Below are positions 39,711-50,230 of a stretch of DNA of 64,000 nucleotides, one piece after another. A program made the translations under genes and the position numbers. The stretch comes from Candidatus Moanibacter sp. GTDB taxonomy: Bacteria; Verrucomicrobiota; Verrucomicrobiia; Opitutales; UBA2987. The stretch covers positions 19,410-83,409 of the forward strand of contig CBDCEW010000036.1 of NCBI GenBank assembly GCA_965215885.1, in the 5' to 3' direction. Below the pieces are notes generated by a model. The model saw nothing but the letters and a program-made list of their open reading frames with translations, was not told where the DNA came from and searched no databases. Numbering within the stretch: position 1 is the stretch's first letter; each line of letters begins with the position of its first letter.

Positions 39711-41238
39711 ACGCTTAGGAAGTAGACGAATGCGATCTGGCGTTTTGAGAATCTTGCGTTTGCCTGGCGTGCATCGTCCCTGGCTTTCGCTTGCTAGCGT
39801 AGTAGCCATGACCGCTTCCTATCAGGCTTCCGAGGCAGAAAGCGCGCACGAGATCGCTCAAGACGTTGCCTCGCGTTTGATCGTGGAGACAGAGCCCGAG
39901 GAAGATGACTTGCTCTCCCATGAAGTTCAGGACCCCACTCGAGACCTGTTTAGTTTCCGAGCCGAAAATGTCGATTTGAAACGCGTCCTCGCCATGTTCG
40001 CGCGTTCCAACGGCCTGAATATTGTTCCCGATCTCGATATTATGGGTGATTTGACGGTTGATTTTCGCAACCTTCCTCTGGATCTGGCAATGAAGGCCCT
40101 TTTAGACGCGCATGGCTTCTATTTTGTTAGAGAGGGTGAACTGATTCGCGTCCGAAACGTCGAAACACGGTTGTTCCAGGTCGATTATATGCGTATCAAA
40201 CGGTCCGGCCAGGGAGCCAATTCGGTCCAAATCAGTTCGGCGGCTGGCTCTTCAGGAGGCAGTCAGGCCGGTGGTTCCGCTTCTTCCTCCAGTGGAGGGG
40301 AGGGCTCCAACATGGTGGTCACGGCCGATTCAAGCATCGACTTCTGGAGCGATGTGCGCCTGCAACTCGAAGAGTTGATCTCCCCCGAAGGGTCCTTTTC
40401 GATAAATAGTCTCTCCGGGGTCATTACCGTTACTGATCGTCATGGACACGTCCTCAAAATAGCCGACTTTATTGATCGCGTCTCTCGTAATATTGTCCGC
40501 CAGATTGATCTCGAAGTAGAAATTTACGAAGTAAAATTGAGTGAGCAAAACAAGCTGGGTATCAACTGGTCCAGTGTCTCCCAAAACCTGGATACGACTT
40601 TTGCGGGAGGCCTGATTATTAGTGAACCTCAGTTTGGGACGCTTCCCGGGTCGAATTCGATAAGCATTTCACATAATCGTGGTGGAACTTCCGCGGTCCT
40701 CGAAGCTCTCCAGGAACAAGGAGAATTAAGGGTCGTCTCAAAGCCTCGTCTACGCACGCTCAACAACCAACCCGCCGTCATTCGTGTAGGCCAGGACTTG
40801 CCCGTGTTCTTCCAAACCATTACCACTACTCCCAGTAATCCACCAGTTATTACCACGAACGAGGAAGTGAAGATTGTTACGATCGGAACAGTTCTCTCCG
40901 TTACTCCTCAGGTATCCGCGGAAGGTGTTATTACCCTCGATATTTCTCCCGCCGTGAGTCGATTAGTTCGCAATGAGATTTCCGCGGTTACCGGGGCATC
41001 GGCGCCGATCATAGATATTCGACAAGCTTCCTCGATCGTTAGGATTCGCGATGGAGATACGATCGTGATGGGTGGCCTGGTTCAGGACGGGTCCACCGAG
41101 ACCGTTAGGAAGATTCCGATTCTAGGGGATATTCCGATTGTCGGGCGTGCCTTTACTGGGACTTTCAGTACAGAGGATAAGACCGAGCTGGTTATCTTTC
41201 TAACGCCTCGGATAATTGATCCTCATTCCCTGAATTGA
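39700..41238 (+). CDS. MshL-like secretin
   Basis: TRLFQVDY, Ser/Gly-rich loop then DFW, GINWS, PRLRTLNNQPA, LSVTPQ, TIVMGGL, KIPILGDIP, TELVIFLTPRII. Confidence 0.9.
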   Translation: MNYKRLGSRRMRSGVLRILRLPGVHRPWLSLASVVAMTASYQASEAESAHEIAQDVASRLIVETEPEEDDLLSHEVQDPTRDLFSFRAENVDLKRVLAMFARSNGLNIVPDLDIMGDLTVDFRNLPLDLAMKALLDAHGFYFVREGELIRVRNVETRLFQVDYMRIKRSGQGANSVQISSAAGSSGGSQAGGSASSSSGGEGSNMVVTADSSIDFWSDVRLQLEELISPEGSFSINSLSGVITVTDRHGHVLKIADFIDRVSRNIVRQIDLEVEIYEVKLSEQNKLGINWSSVSQNLDTTFAGGLIISEPQFGTLPGSNSISISHNRGGTSAVLEALQEQGELRVVSKPRLRTLNNQPAVIRVGQDLPVFFQTITTTPSNPPVITTNEEVKIVTIGTVLSVTPQVSAEGVITLDISPAVSRLVRNEISAVTGASAPIIDIRQASSIVRIRDGDTIVMGGLVQDGSTETVRKIPILGDIPIVGRAFTGTFSTEDKTELVIFLTPRIIDPHSLN

Positions 41239-42207
41239 AGGTGTCCGAAACAGAGATGCAGTTTCGACCCTTTCGCTTCGCTCTGTAAAGGGCTTGATCG
41301 GCAGCTTGGATAAGCAGATTGGCTCCGAATTTTAATTTCGGGCAAGCCGTGGCAATACCGATGCTCACGGTCAGCATCCCTTTAAAGGGGGAGTATTCGT
41401 GAGGAATCCTCTCCCTTTCAATTGCTTCACTCGCTCTCAGCGCTACGGCGATAGCGCCTTCTGTTTTTGTCTCCGGCAGCGCGATTACGAACTCCTCTCC
41501 TCCAAACCGAGCAACGAAGTCACTGGCACGTGCTATGGACTTCTTCAATGCCTTTCCGACGCTTATGAGACCTTGATCGCCCGCCCGATGACCATAATTG
41601 TCGTTGAACTTCTTGAAATGATCGACATCGACCATGAGAAGGGAGACAGGGGTCTTGTTTCTGAATCCCCGTGAGCACTCTTCAGCCAGCCTTTCGTCGA
41701 GAAATCGGCGGTTGGCGACTTTGGTCAGTCCGTCCTGTCGAGATATGAGGTGCAGTTGGCGATTGGCTTCCTCCAATTGGTCGGTCAACATCTGGAGTTT
41801 TCTCTCTCTCTCTTTACGTGCTTCGATTTCCGTTTTTAACCGAAGGACTGATCTTGCCCGGGCAATGAGTTCCGTCGGCTGAACCGGTTTCGTGATATAA
41901 TCGTTGGCTCCGGCGTCAAGAGCTGCGTCGAGATTTTTCAAGTCCTTTTTTCCCGTTACCATGATTATCGGAATATCCTGCAGCGAGGCGTCAGCTTTCA
42001 GAATTTCAATGGCACGTAGACCGTCAATTTCACCCATATGAAAGTCCATCAGGATAAGATCGGGAAGTGGAGTCTTCTCACGAAAAAGAGATTCGAACGC
42101 TTCCTCCGCGGAATGGGTAAGTTTGATCGACCGATAATCGGCTCGATTTAGGATATGTCGTAAGAGGGCACAGGTCGATATCGAATCGTCCACAATGAGA
42201 ATGGTCT

Positions 42208-44101
42208 CAGGGTAAAAGGATTCCAGGAAGCAACTAGCTGATAAGCAAGAAGATAAAAAAAGAGCTAAACAAACCCGAGGGAATCAGTCATGTTAAGATG
42301 GGATGAAAGACAAAAAATCTTACCAACTGAATCCTTCGATAGATCGTTTAACTCTGCGTCTGGTCCTGCCCGAAGAGCAGGAGCGATTCAATGATCTATT
42401 GAAACAACATCATTATTTACACAGTGCGGGCAGCGCAGGAGAGACCCTGCGCTATGTGGCGCAGATCGACGGGCAATGGATGGGCCTGCTCTTGTGGGGG
42501 GCCGCATCCTACCGGCTGAAGGATCGAGACGAATGGATCGGGAGGGACGGGGCGCAACGGCATGCACGATTGAAACTGGTAGTACAGAACCGGCGTTTTC
42601 TGATTTTGCCCGGGGTGGATCTTGCAAATTTGGCCTCCAAGACGTTGGGTATGTGCCTGAGAGTCTTAGCCGATCACTGGCAGGAGGCTTTTGGCTATCG
42701 TCCCTTAGTAGCGGAAACGTTCGTGGACCCACAGATTCACCGGGGCACTTGCTACGAAGCGAGCGGGTGGACGCCCTTGGGCTTGAGCGCGGGATATGGC
42801 CGCCAACGCGAAGATTTCTATCAACGCCATGAGCGTCCCAAGCAGATCTGGGTCAAACCCCTCAAGGCTAATGCCCTTGAGCTTTTGCGCGCTTCAGGGC
42901 CATTGCCCGCGGCACAGAGCCAGGCGCTCAATGAAACCGATAACTCCCATGCGGTCTGCCTCAAAGTGGAACAGATGAGCAGCCTGTGGGAACGCTTCAA
43001 TCAGATAGAAGACTTCCGTCGTAAAGCGGGCCTTAGATATCGGCTCGCCACGGTCCTGAGCATGATTGTGCTCGGCACGATGTGCGGCAAACAGACCCTC
43101 AAGGGCATCGTGCGCCTGGCCCATCATCTCAATCAAGCCCAATTGCGCGCCTTACGCTCCTGGAAAAACCCCAAAACAGGCCGCTATAAGGCCCCTTGCT
43201 ATGATGTCTTCTATCGGGTCTTGCAAAACGTAAAGGCCGAGCTCTTCGATAAAACCCTCACCGAATTCATCTGCTTACAAGACGGCTGTTTGCCCCGCGA
43301 TATTGCCGTCGACGGCAAGACCCTCAAAGGCACAAACACCGAAGAATCAAAGGCTCTGCACCTGGTGGCCGCAGTCGATCACCAAAGCGCTCAAACCTTA
43401 GCCCAAGTCGCTACCGCCGATAAATCCAACGCGATCACCGCCGCCCAGACTCTCTTGCGAAAGATGCCCATTTTGGACGGCTCCACCTTCACCTTCGACG
43501 CCATGCATAATCAAAAAGAAACTGCCCACATCGTCGTCGAAGAACTCAGTGCTGACTATGTTATTCAAATTAAAGACAATCAGCCCAACATGCATCAATA
43601 CGCTCAGAATCTCTTCAGCTCCACCCCCTTTTTCTCCACCAAACCGTGGACAATGACCATGGGCGACTCGAAATACGTCAAATAGCAACCCATTCTCTAA
43701 GCGCTCCCTCTGCCGGCCTGCCCCATGCCCGCCAGTTCGCCTGTGTGCAACGCACCTTCCATTATCCAAACAAAGCTGAACCTTCCTCTGAACGCTCTTA
43801 CTACGTAAGCAGTCTCGATCCCGCCGATTTGAGCCCTCAACAGTTCCTCTCGAAAATTCGCAACCATTGGTCGATCGAAAATAAAAATCATTACCCCAGG
43901 GATCGCTTCTTCGATGAAGATCGATGTATGATCCGTAATCATAACGCAGCCAGAATTCTTGCTGCATGCAGGCAACTGGTTCTCAGCCTCAAGTCTTCCA
44001 TGGGCGCTGAATCCACTCCCGCACTCTGTGATGATTTCGTCTTTAACTTACATAAGGCCATCAATATCATCACCTAATGCTCCGAGAATCAAAATACCGT
44101 G
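42208..44101 (+). mobile_element. ISAs1-family element (DUF4338-fused), intact copy 2
   Basis: IRs CAGGGTAAAAGGATTC / CACGGTATTTTGATTC (reverse complement). 10-bp target duplication AGAATGGTCT at 42198-42207 and 44102-44111. Confidence 0.95.
42303..44077 (+). CDS. DUF4338 (DruA-like) domain fused to an ISAs1 transposase, encoded across a -1 frame break at about 43624-43634
   Basis: N-terminal HHYL, RDEWIG, NRRFLILP, NLASK, ETFVDP, GTCY..SGW. ISAs1 motifs AVDGKTL, FDAMH, YVIQIKDNQP. HGRLEIR and RNHWSIEN lie in the second frame. Confidence 0.85.
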
Positions 44102-44455
44102 AGAATGGTCTGCTCCTTTTTCTCTCTGTGTTGAGACGGCGGCTTTGGCTTGACCGGAACGACCGTCTCGGCCTCATGCATGAAAGAGGAGCCTGTAGCG
44201 GATTCGATCGAGTCTATGGACATGGCTCAGAAAGAATGTCGGGATAGAGCGACTAAACCTGAGTCGTAGCAAATTCGAATCTGACGACCGGTCAGCGCCG
44301 GTGCGAAACTTGAGAGTAATCTATGGTAGGATCTGCCGCTCCCCATTGGTTCTTTAAGAAAGTCGGCCATCATGGACGAAAGTTGAGATACCGAATCGGT
44401 CTTTCTTTTTTTGGGATTGTCCGTTTCATCACTGCTGCTTTAAGACTAGCTGTAA

Positions 44456-45244
44456 ATGGATCGAATCGCGAATACATTCAAGAATTCCATCAGGGAAGAT
44501 CGTTCCTGTTTCATCTCTTACGTATGCGCGGGAGATCCGGATTTTGATACCTCGGTCGAGATCTGTCGCCTCCTGGCCGAAGGGCCCGTTGATTTACTTG
44601 AAATTGGTGTCCCTTTCTCCGATCCTTTGGCAGACGGCCTTACGAATCAACTGGCCTCGCAGCGTGCCCTTGAAAACGGCATGAGTCAGGACAGAGTGTT
44701 TGAACTGGCAAGGATTGTCCGCTCTTTTACCAATAAGCCTATTGTTTTCTACACCTATTATAATCTGGTTCATTCCAGGGGTATCGAAGAATATCTTGGA
44801 AAGGTCCGCGATGCTGGGGTCGACGGCCTCCTTACTTTAGACCTTCCTCCCGAAGAGGCAGGCGAACTATGCGAAGCTAGTGCACGAATAGGAGTAAAGA
44901 ATATCTTCATTGTTGCGCCGACAACACCCCCAGAGCGCGTTAAGCTTATCTCAGATTCCGCATCCGGTTTCCTCTATTATGTTTCGCGGGAAGGAGTAAC
45001 CGGTGAGCGCGAGACAATCGCTGAAAATATAGATAAGGCTGTAAGGGTTATAAAGAGGGTTACGGATCTGCCCGTGGTGGTCGGGTTTGGGATTTCTACT
45101 CCCGAGCAGGTCAAGGCAGTTGCAGCCGTGGCAGATGGAGTCGTGGTCGGGAGCGCTCTCGTAAACAGTATTGCAGAGGATCTGTCGGATTGCGGCCGTG
45201 TGCTTGAGAATCTCTCCGAGAGGCTGGCTTACCTAACGAGCTGA
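44456..45244 (+). CDS. trpA: Tryptophan synthase alpha chain
   Basis: AGDP, EIGVPFSDPLADG, DLPPEE, APTT, YYVSREGVTG, VGFGIS, DGVVVGSA. Confidence 0.96.
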   Translation: MDRIANTFKNSIREDRSCFISYVCAGDPDFDTSVEICRLLAEGPVDLLEIGVPFSDPLADGLTNQLASQRALENGMSQDRVFELARIVRSFTNKPIVFYTYYNLVHSRGIEEYLGKVRDAGVDGLLTLDLPPEEAGELCEASARIGVKNIFIVAPTTPPERVKLISDSASGFLYYVSREGVTGERETIAENIDKAVRVIKRVTDLPVVVGFGISTPEQVKAVAAVADGVVVGSALVNSIAEDLSDCGRVLENLSERLAYLTS

Positions 45245-45361
45245 GCCTCCAGCTGTCTGCTCTTGAAGGTTTTGGGTGAGTCCTATATTGAAGCCCGGGA
45301 AAGAGAAATTCCTCAATTTCAAGCGCTGTTTGAATCACTGCTGTCTCGTAACTAGATTTTA

Positions 45362-45381
45362 TTGTCCACAGGTTATCCACA
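45362..45381 (+). promoter_or_regulatory. Tandem DnaA-box pair
   Basis: TTGTCCACA (45362-45370) and perfect TTATCCACA (45373-45381) in the trpA-miaA intergenic region. Confidence 0.5.
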
Positions 45382-45681
45382 CACCCATCGAACGACTGAA
45401 ATCCGTTTAATTCTGCCCCGTTTTTCATGGTTTTCGCCCAAATTCCTTCTAGAATGCGGATTTTTCGGCCAGTGTATTGAGGAACTGTGGGTCCCTCGAT
45501 CGTGATATTAGGCTGATGTTTGCTCACTTTTGACGTTATCGTACTTTGAATTCCGTGCTGGTATGTCTTTATGCGGGTGCAGAATTATGATTTTGACAGT
45601 TGGTGTCGATTATTGAGACAAAATGTCCCATGCTGCGCTGTAAACTGCTATTCTCCCAGACTTATTCTCATCGTTTCAAGG

Positions 45682-46602
45682 ATGGATAATTTGATATATT
45701 TAATCACTGGACCGAGCGGAGTGGGAAAGACCGATATTGCGCTCTCTTGGGCTGAAGCAAATCGGGCCGAGATCATTTCCTGCGATTCGCTGCTTGTTTA
45801 CAGGGGAATGGACATCGGAACTGCGAAGCCCGTGATTAGTGAAATCGAGCGGGTGCCGCATCATTGCATAGATCTTGTGCCGGTGCGTCGGCAGTTCAGC
45901 ATTGGTGAATATATCAAGACCGCCAGAAAGGCGGTGGATGAGATTTCCAGGAGGGGGAAAAAGATCTTGGTCGCTGGGGGCAGCGGCTTCTATTTGAAGT
46001 CGTTTTTTGCACCCGTCGTCGACGACATCGAGATTTCAACTTCCTTGATTCAGAAGACAAACGATCTCTACGAGAAGGAAGGATTGGAGGGGCTATGTCG
46101 TGAGTTGAAGAAGATTGATCCTGAAGGGGTCGAGGGAATTGACCTCAGGAACGCCCGACGCGTGATTAATGCGCTGAGAAGATGTCTTGCTTCAGGAAAA
46201 ACGATAATGCAATTGAGAGAGGCTTTCAGAAGCAAGCCTCACCCTTTCAAGGACTATAGAATTAGATCCTGTTGCCTGATACGCGATACCGATGATTTGC
46301 GAAGGCGCATACAACGCCGCACCCTCAATATGCTCGCCCGCGGTTTAGTCGATGAAGTGCGAAAGCTTCTCTGTGACGGTATTGAAAATAATCCGAGTGC
46401 AGCTTCCGCCATCGGCTATCGTGAGACAATTGCCTACCTGAGGAACGAGATCGAATTTGAGGAACTTCCGGGCAGGATAGTAAGAAATACCAAGGAGTTG
46501 ATCAGGAAGCAACGTATCTGGTTTCGCACCCAAATTCCGATGGGCGAAGAGCTCTTTCTGAGTTCGGATACTTGCAGTGTTGGAGAGGATTTGTTTCGTT
46601 GA
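45682..46602 (+). CDS. miaA: tRNA dimethylallyltransferase
   Basis: GPSGVGKT, IISCDS..VYRGMDIGTAKP, GGSGFY, AIGYRE, KQRIWF. Confidence 0.95.
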   Translation: MDNLIYLITGPSGVGKTDIALSWAEANRAEIISCDSLLVYRGMDIGTAKPVISEIERVPHHCIDLVPVRRQFSIGEYIKTARKAVDEISRRGKKILVAGGSGFYLKSFFAPVVDDIEISTSLIQKTNDLYEKEGLEGLCRELKKIDPEGVEGIDLRNARRVINALRRCLASGKTIMQLREAFRSKPHPFKDYRIRSCCLIRDTDDLRRRIQRRTLNMLARGLVDEVRKLLCDGIENNPSAASAIGYRETIAYLRNEIEFEELPGRIVRNTKELIRKQRIWFRTQIPMGEELFLSSDTCSVGEDLFR

Positions 46603-46614
46603 CCGGAGGGAACC

Positions 46615-48279
46615 TCAGCGCTCTCTTACTAAATTGGTATCAGTAGTCTCTAACTCTTTCGCCATGATCTCAGAAATGAGATCGAGACCGCCGATCGTCG
46701 CATAATAGGAGTTTATGTTGGCAATTTGATTGAGCTTATTCTCCGTTTCCTTTGTATCGCTTCCGTCGTCGGGAATATCCTTGCTCCTTATGTGTACGAA
46801 CTTTCCATCTCCACTAATCAGCACCATTGGTGATATCTGGCCGGGATTCAAATAGGTGTTCTGTGAAAATAGAGAGCGATTGAATTCTTGAGGCGGTTGG
46901 TTGCTCGTAAATTCTTCAAATGTCTTCACCTCCAAGCCTTCCCCCTCGGCCATTTCTTGAAATTCCTTCCCTTCTACAAGACCTTTCTCGAAAGTCTCCT
47001 TCAATGTCTTTCCCCGCTCAACGAATTGCCTCTTGCGTTCGTTCATGAGAAAGTCAGTGCGGACCTTGTCTAGCACTTCCGCAAGTTCGGGTGTCCGTGA
47101 TTCAATATCTCCTTTGTATATGAGTACGTAAGCCCCTTCTTCGCCCTGAATTACGTCCGAATAGTAACGCCTTTCGTTCAAGGCAAAAGCTGTTTGCAAT
47201 CCGCTTGCAGGTATTCCTGATAGATTCGAAGACTGGCTGCGCGTATACGGCGTAATTTTTACAATTTCTGCGCCCGTCTCATTAAGGATTTCCTTAAATT
47301 TCGCTGAGTCGCGGGCAATCGATTCACTGTAAATATGCTCCGTAAACGCGTCCGCGGATTCAGCGGCAAGGCGGTTTGCCTTCTCCACCATCCAAAACTC
47401 ACGCACCTTTTCCCGAGCGGTTTCAAAAGTCACCGGCGGAGGCTCTTCTTCTTTGTCCTCTTCCGGGATAGACTGCTTTCTAAAGGCGTCCAGATTATCA
47501 TCGTAATATGCCTTCAAGTCCAATTCGGTCGGTGCCGCCACTCTTCCAATATGACTGGCAATAGAAAACTTTACGCCGTCAGTTTCCACCTTCGCCTCTT
47601 CTTCGTAGTTGAATTTATTGGCCTCATAATAAGAAGCCAACTGATCATCATCGATCGCGATTTCGGGACTAAAGTCGTCAGACTTGTAAGTGGCTACATC
47701 TACCGACCAGACGGTTTTTTCATTTTCTATTTGCTTTATTGCCTCGTAGGGCATTACGTGGCCTGGGCCGATGAGCGATTCTCTTACCCTGCGTATACGG
47801 TGGTCTTCGATCAACGCCTGCATGATCAGTTCATCCGTGATCTCAGTATCCGTCCTGACCGTATCAATAAATCGGGTATACGTATCTTCGCTGAAATTCC
47901 CTTCTGCATCGGCAAAGTGGCGTTTGGAGCGAATCGAATCCTCAATTTCCTTCTGGCTCGGCCTGGGAATTCCAATTTCTTCGGCCAGTGAGAGAAATGC
48001 CGTTCGTTGGAGGGCTAATTGTTGTAGTTGATTTTGGTCAAATGATCGTCTTCCCGAGTTTATCCAGGTGCTTGCTTCTGCGGCGGCGATGATCGGGCCC
48101 ACATCCTTTCTTGAAGCGAGATTAAGGCCGAAGTATCTCCTCTCACTAACGGTTTCTCCTGTGCCTGTGAGGCCGCCTCCCGCGGGAGTGATTGTCAACA
48201 CAAAGGCAACAATTACCACTCCCAGAAGGAGGGCGAAAAACCATTTGTTAATGAAATACCTTTGAAGCCAAGCAATCAC
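46615..48279 (-). CDS. PpiD/SurA-N-like membrane-anchored periplasmic chaperone
   Basis: N-terminal TM (LLGVVIVAFVL), AEEIGI..S..EI...I, GNFSEDTY, LASYYEANK patterns. Confidence 0.7.
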   Translation of the reverse strand: MIAWLQRYFINKWFFALLLGVVIVAFVLTITPAGGGLTGTGETVSERRYFGLNLASRKDVGPIIAAAEASTWINSGRRSFDQNQLQQLALQRTAFLSLAEEIGIPRPSQKEIEDSIRSKRHFADAEGNFSEDTYTRFIDTVRTDTEITDELIMQALIEDHRIRRVRESLIGPGHVMPYEAIKQIENEKTVWSVDVATYKSDDFSPEIAIDDDQLASYYEANKFNYEEEAKVETDGVKFSIASHIGRVAAPTELDLKAYYDDNLDAFRKQSIPEEDKEEEPPPVTFETAREKVREFWMVEKANRLAAESADAFTEHIYSESIARDSAKFKEILNETGAEIVKITPYTRSQSSNLSGIPASGLQTAFALNERRYYSDVIQGEEGAYVLIYKGDIESRTPELAEVLDKVRTDFLMNERKRQFVERGKTLKETFEKGLVEGKEFQEMAEGEGLEVKTFEEFTSNQPPQEFNRSLFSQNTYLNPGQISPMVLISGDGKFVHIRSKDIPDDGSDTKETENKLNQIANINSYYATIGGLDLISEIMAKELETTDTNLVRER

Positions 48280-48368
48280 GCTAAATACCTACCCTTAATT
48301 TGAAAGTCGCAGGAGTTTATCCTTATCCGTGGGGGAGTCAATTACGCGTCGTCTCTCTTTTTCGAATT

Positions 48369-49427
48369 TTATGAGCTTTCCCATGCCTCTTTTAGAAAGC
48401 GGATGAAGTTGCTGTGTAACACATTCGCGGTATCTTCTTCATCATAACCGCGGGCCCGTAGCATTTTGGAAATCCGCTTCAAGTCCGAAATCGTATCCAG
48501 GTCTTCCGGTGTCTGTTCGCGCCCAAACGTTCCATCGAGATCGGAACCGATTCCGGAATGATGTGCATTGCCTGCCAGCTGGTTGACGTGGTCGATATGG
48601 TCTAAACCAGCCTCCAGTTTGAGTCCCGCCTCGGCCGGAGTTGTCCTCCCTGGTTTCCAACCCGGATATAGCATCCAGGCATCAAGTGTTGTACCAATGA
48701 CTGCCCCACGATCGATAAGGGCCATTATTTGATCGTCCCCCAACTGGCTTGGGCCAGGTACCAAAGTCCGGCAGTTCGAATGGCTCGCCCAAATCGGACC
48801 CTCGAAATTGTCGAGCGCTCCCCAAAAACTCTCTTCACAGAAATGTGTCACGTCGAGAATCATTCCAAGTCGGTCCATCTCTTTTAGCAGTGCGCGCCCC
48901 CGATGATCGAGGCCGCTCTGTGCGTATATCCCATCTCCGTAGTGAGCCGGCCCCAGCACCCGCAACCCATCATCGTAGCTTCGTTCAATGTGATTGATCG
49001 ATACAATAGAATCGGCACCCTCCAGACTGAGAATATAGCCTATCGGTTTTATTTTTATCGGGGTTCGTTCCAAGAGGCTGAGAAAGCCGGTGAGCTCGCG
49101 AGCGTTCGCTATCTGAATCAGTTCACCAGCTTCCTCCATTGCTCGATACCATGCCAGCTGACCTTGTGTTTGAGCCCAAGCCTGTTCCGGAGAATGCCAT
49201 CCCGGTAGCGGGTTATATGGCTTTGTATATCGGGCGAACTGGGTCCCTACACAGAGATTCACCCCTGCCCGGCGCATTTCCGGAAACGCCACCGTTCCTT
49301 CTCCACGCCCTCGCTTGTCTGTCATTCCAGATTCGCGCTCACGAATTGCGCAAATCTCCTGTGTCAGATCCCTGTTCCATTCAAGAGCGTTCAAGGCCAG
49401 ATCGAGATGGGCGTCAAATCTCAGCAT
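48369..49427 (-). CDS. Membrane dipeptidase (peptidase M19)
   Basis: FDAHLD, LEGAD, LDVTH, ASHSN, DHIDH, GIGSDLDG. Confidence 0.9.
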   Translation of the reverse strand: MLRFDAHLDLALNALEWNRDLTQEICAIRERESGMTDKRGRGEGTVAFPEMRRAGVNLCVGTQFARYTKPYNPLPGWHSPEQAWAQTQGQLAWYRAMEEAGELIQIANARELTGFLSLLERTPIKIKPIGYILSLEGADSIVSINHIERSYDDGLRVLGPAHYGDGIYAQSGLDHRGRALLKEMDRLGMILDVTHFCEESFWGALDNFEGPIWASHSNCRTLVPGPSQLGDDQIMALIDRGAVIGTTLDAWMLYPGWKPGRTTPAEAGLKLEAGLDHIDHVNQLAGNAHHSGIGSDLDGTFGREQTPEDLDTISDLKRISKMLRARGYDEEDTANVLHSNFIRFLKEAWESS

Positions 49428-49889
49428 TCCCCTAACGGCTTTTCAGTTTCTCGCAGATTAGTCGCCATCACAGAACTCAAATTCGTGCCACAGATTTGCA
49501 GGTTTATTCGTCTCGTCAATGGATTTTTCGCCTGTAATCTCACGAACAGTAATAATTACAGTAATAATTAGACAGGTTATTTATCTTTGATACGGCTACT
49601 CTTCTTATAGAACCATAACTTCAGAGGAAATGAGCGGAGAGTTTGTGCGCCGACTGTTCTAATTTGCGAGATTTGAGGCTGACCACTACTCTTTCGTTAT
49701 CGGAAGACTCCCATTTAAGACGATGTTCGCTATGCCACTCGCAATTCCCGTCAAATCGGGGAGCCATTGCGATGAGGACCTGTGCAAAGTCGGCGTAGAA
49801 TGGGTATATCTGAGAGCGCATTCTCGTGCCTTCTTCGAGAATTATTTCGAGAGTTTGTCTGGAATATCTTCCGCCCCTTTGCTTATCCG

Positions 49890-50230
49890 AGTTTTGGTTG
49901 TACTGCCCGCAGGCAGGTTTCGATGTCGCGCAGACTCTCCCGGTAGGTCAACTCGGCAAAACCCATGCAGAGAAATTGTTCGAAGCAACTGAACTTTTGA
50001 ACTTTGTAGTCGCCTCCGTAGCGTTGGACGCAACGATGGAACTGATGGCGCGGAAGATAATCTATGATTTGAGAAAAAACTGACCTGTATACATGATTTG
50101 GACCCTCGAAATTTTTGAGAGTCCACAAGGCTTTTTGCAATTTCAAGTCGAAAACAGCAGAAATCATATGTAAAATGTTGGTTATCAATCGATTAACCTG
50201 CGTTCCTAGAAAAACAACCGGACAGTAGTG
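49890..50230 (-). pseudogene. 5' remnant of an IS4-family (DUF4372-type) element
   Basis: VFSQIIDYLPRHQFHRCVQRY...QFLCMGFAELTYRESLRDIE. IS-end-like CACTACTGTCCGGTT (reverse complement) ends at 50230. Confidence 0.75.

Larger units (their letters stand above)
41192..44223 (-). pseudogene. REC-GGDEF diguanylate cyclase interrupted near its 5' end by ISAs1 copy 2
   Basis: ATG at 44223 reads MSIDSIES...KEQTILIVDDS in frame once the IS is removed. DLILMD, RASD I-site and GGEEF present. Confidence 0.88.
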
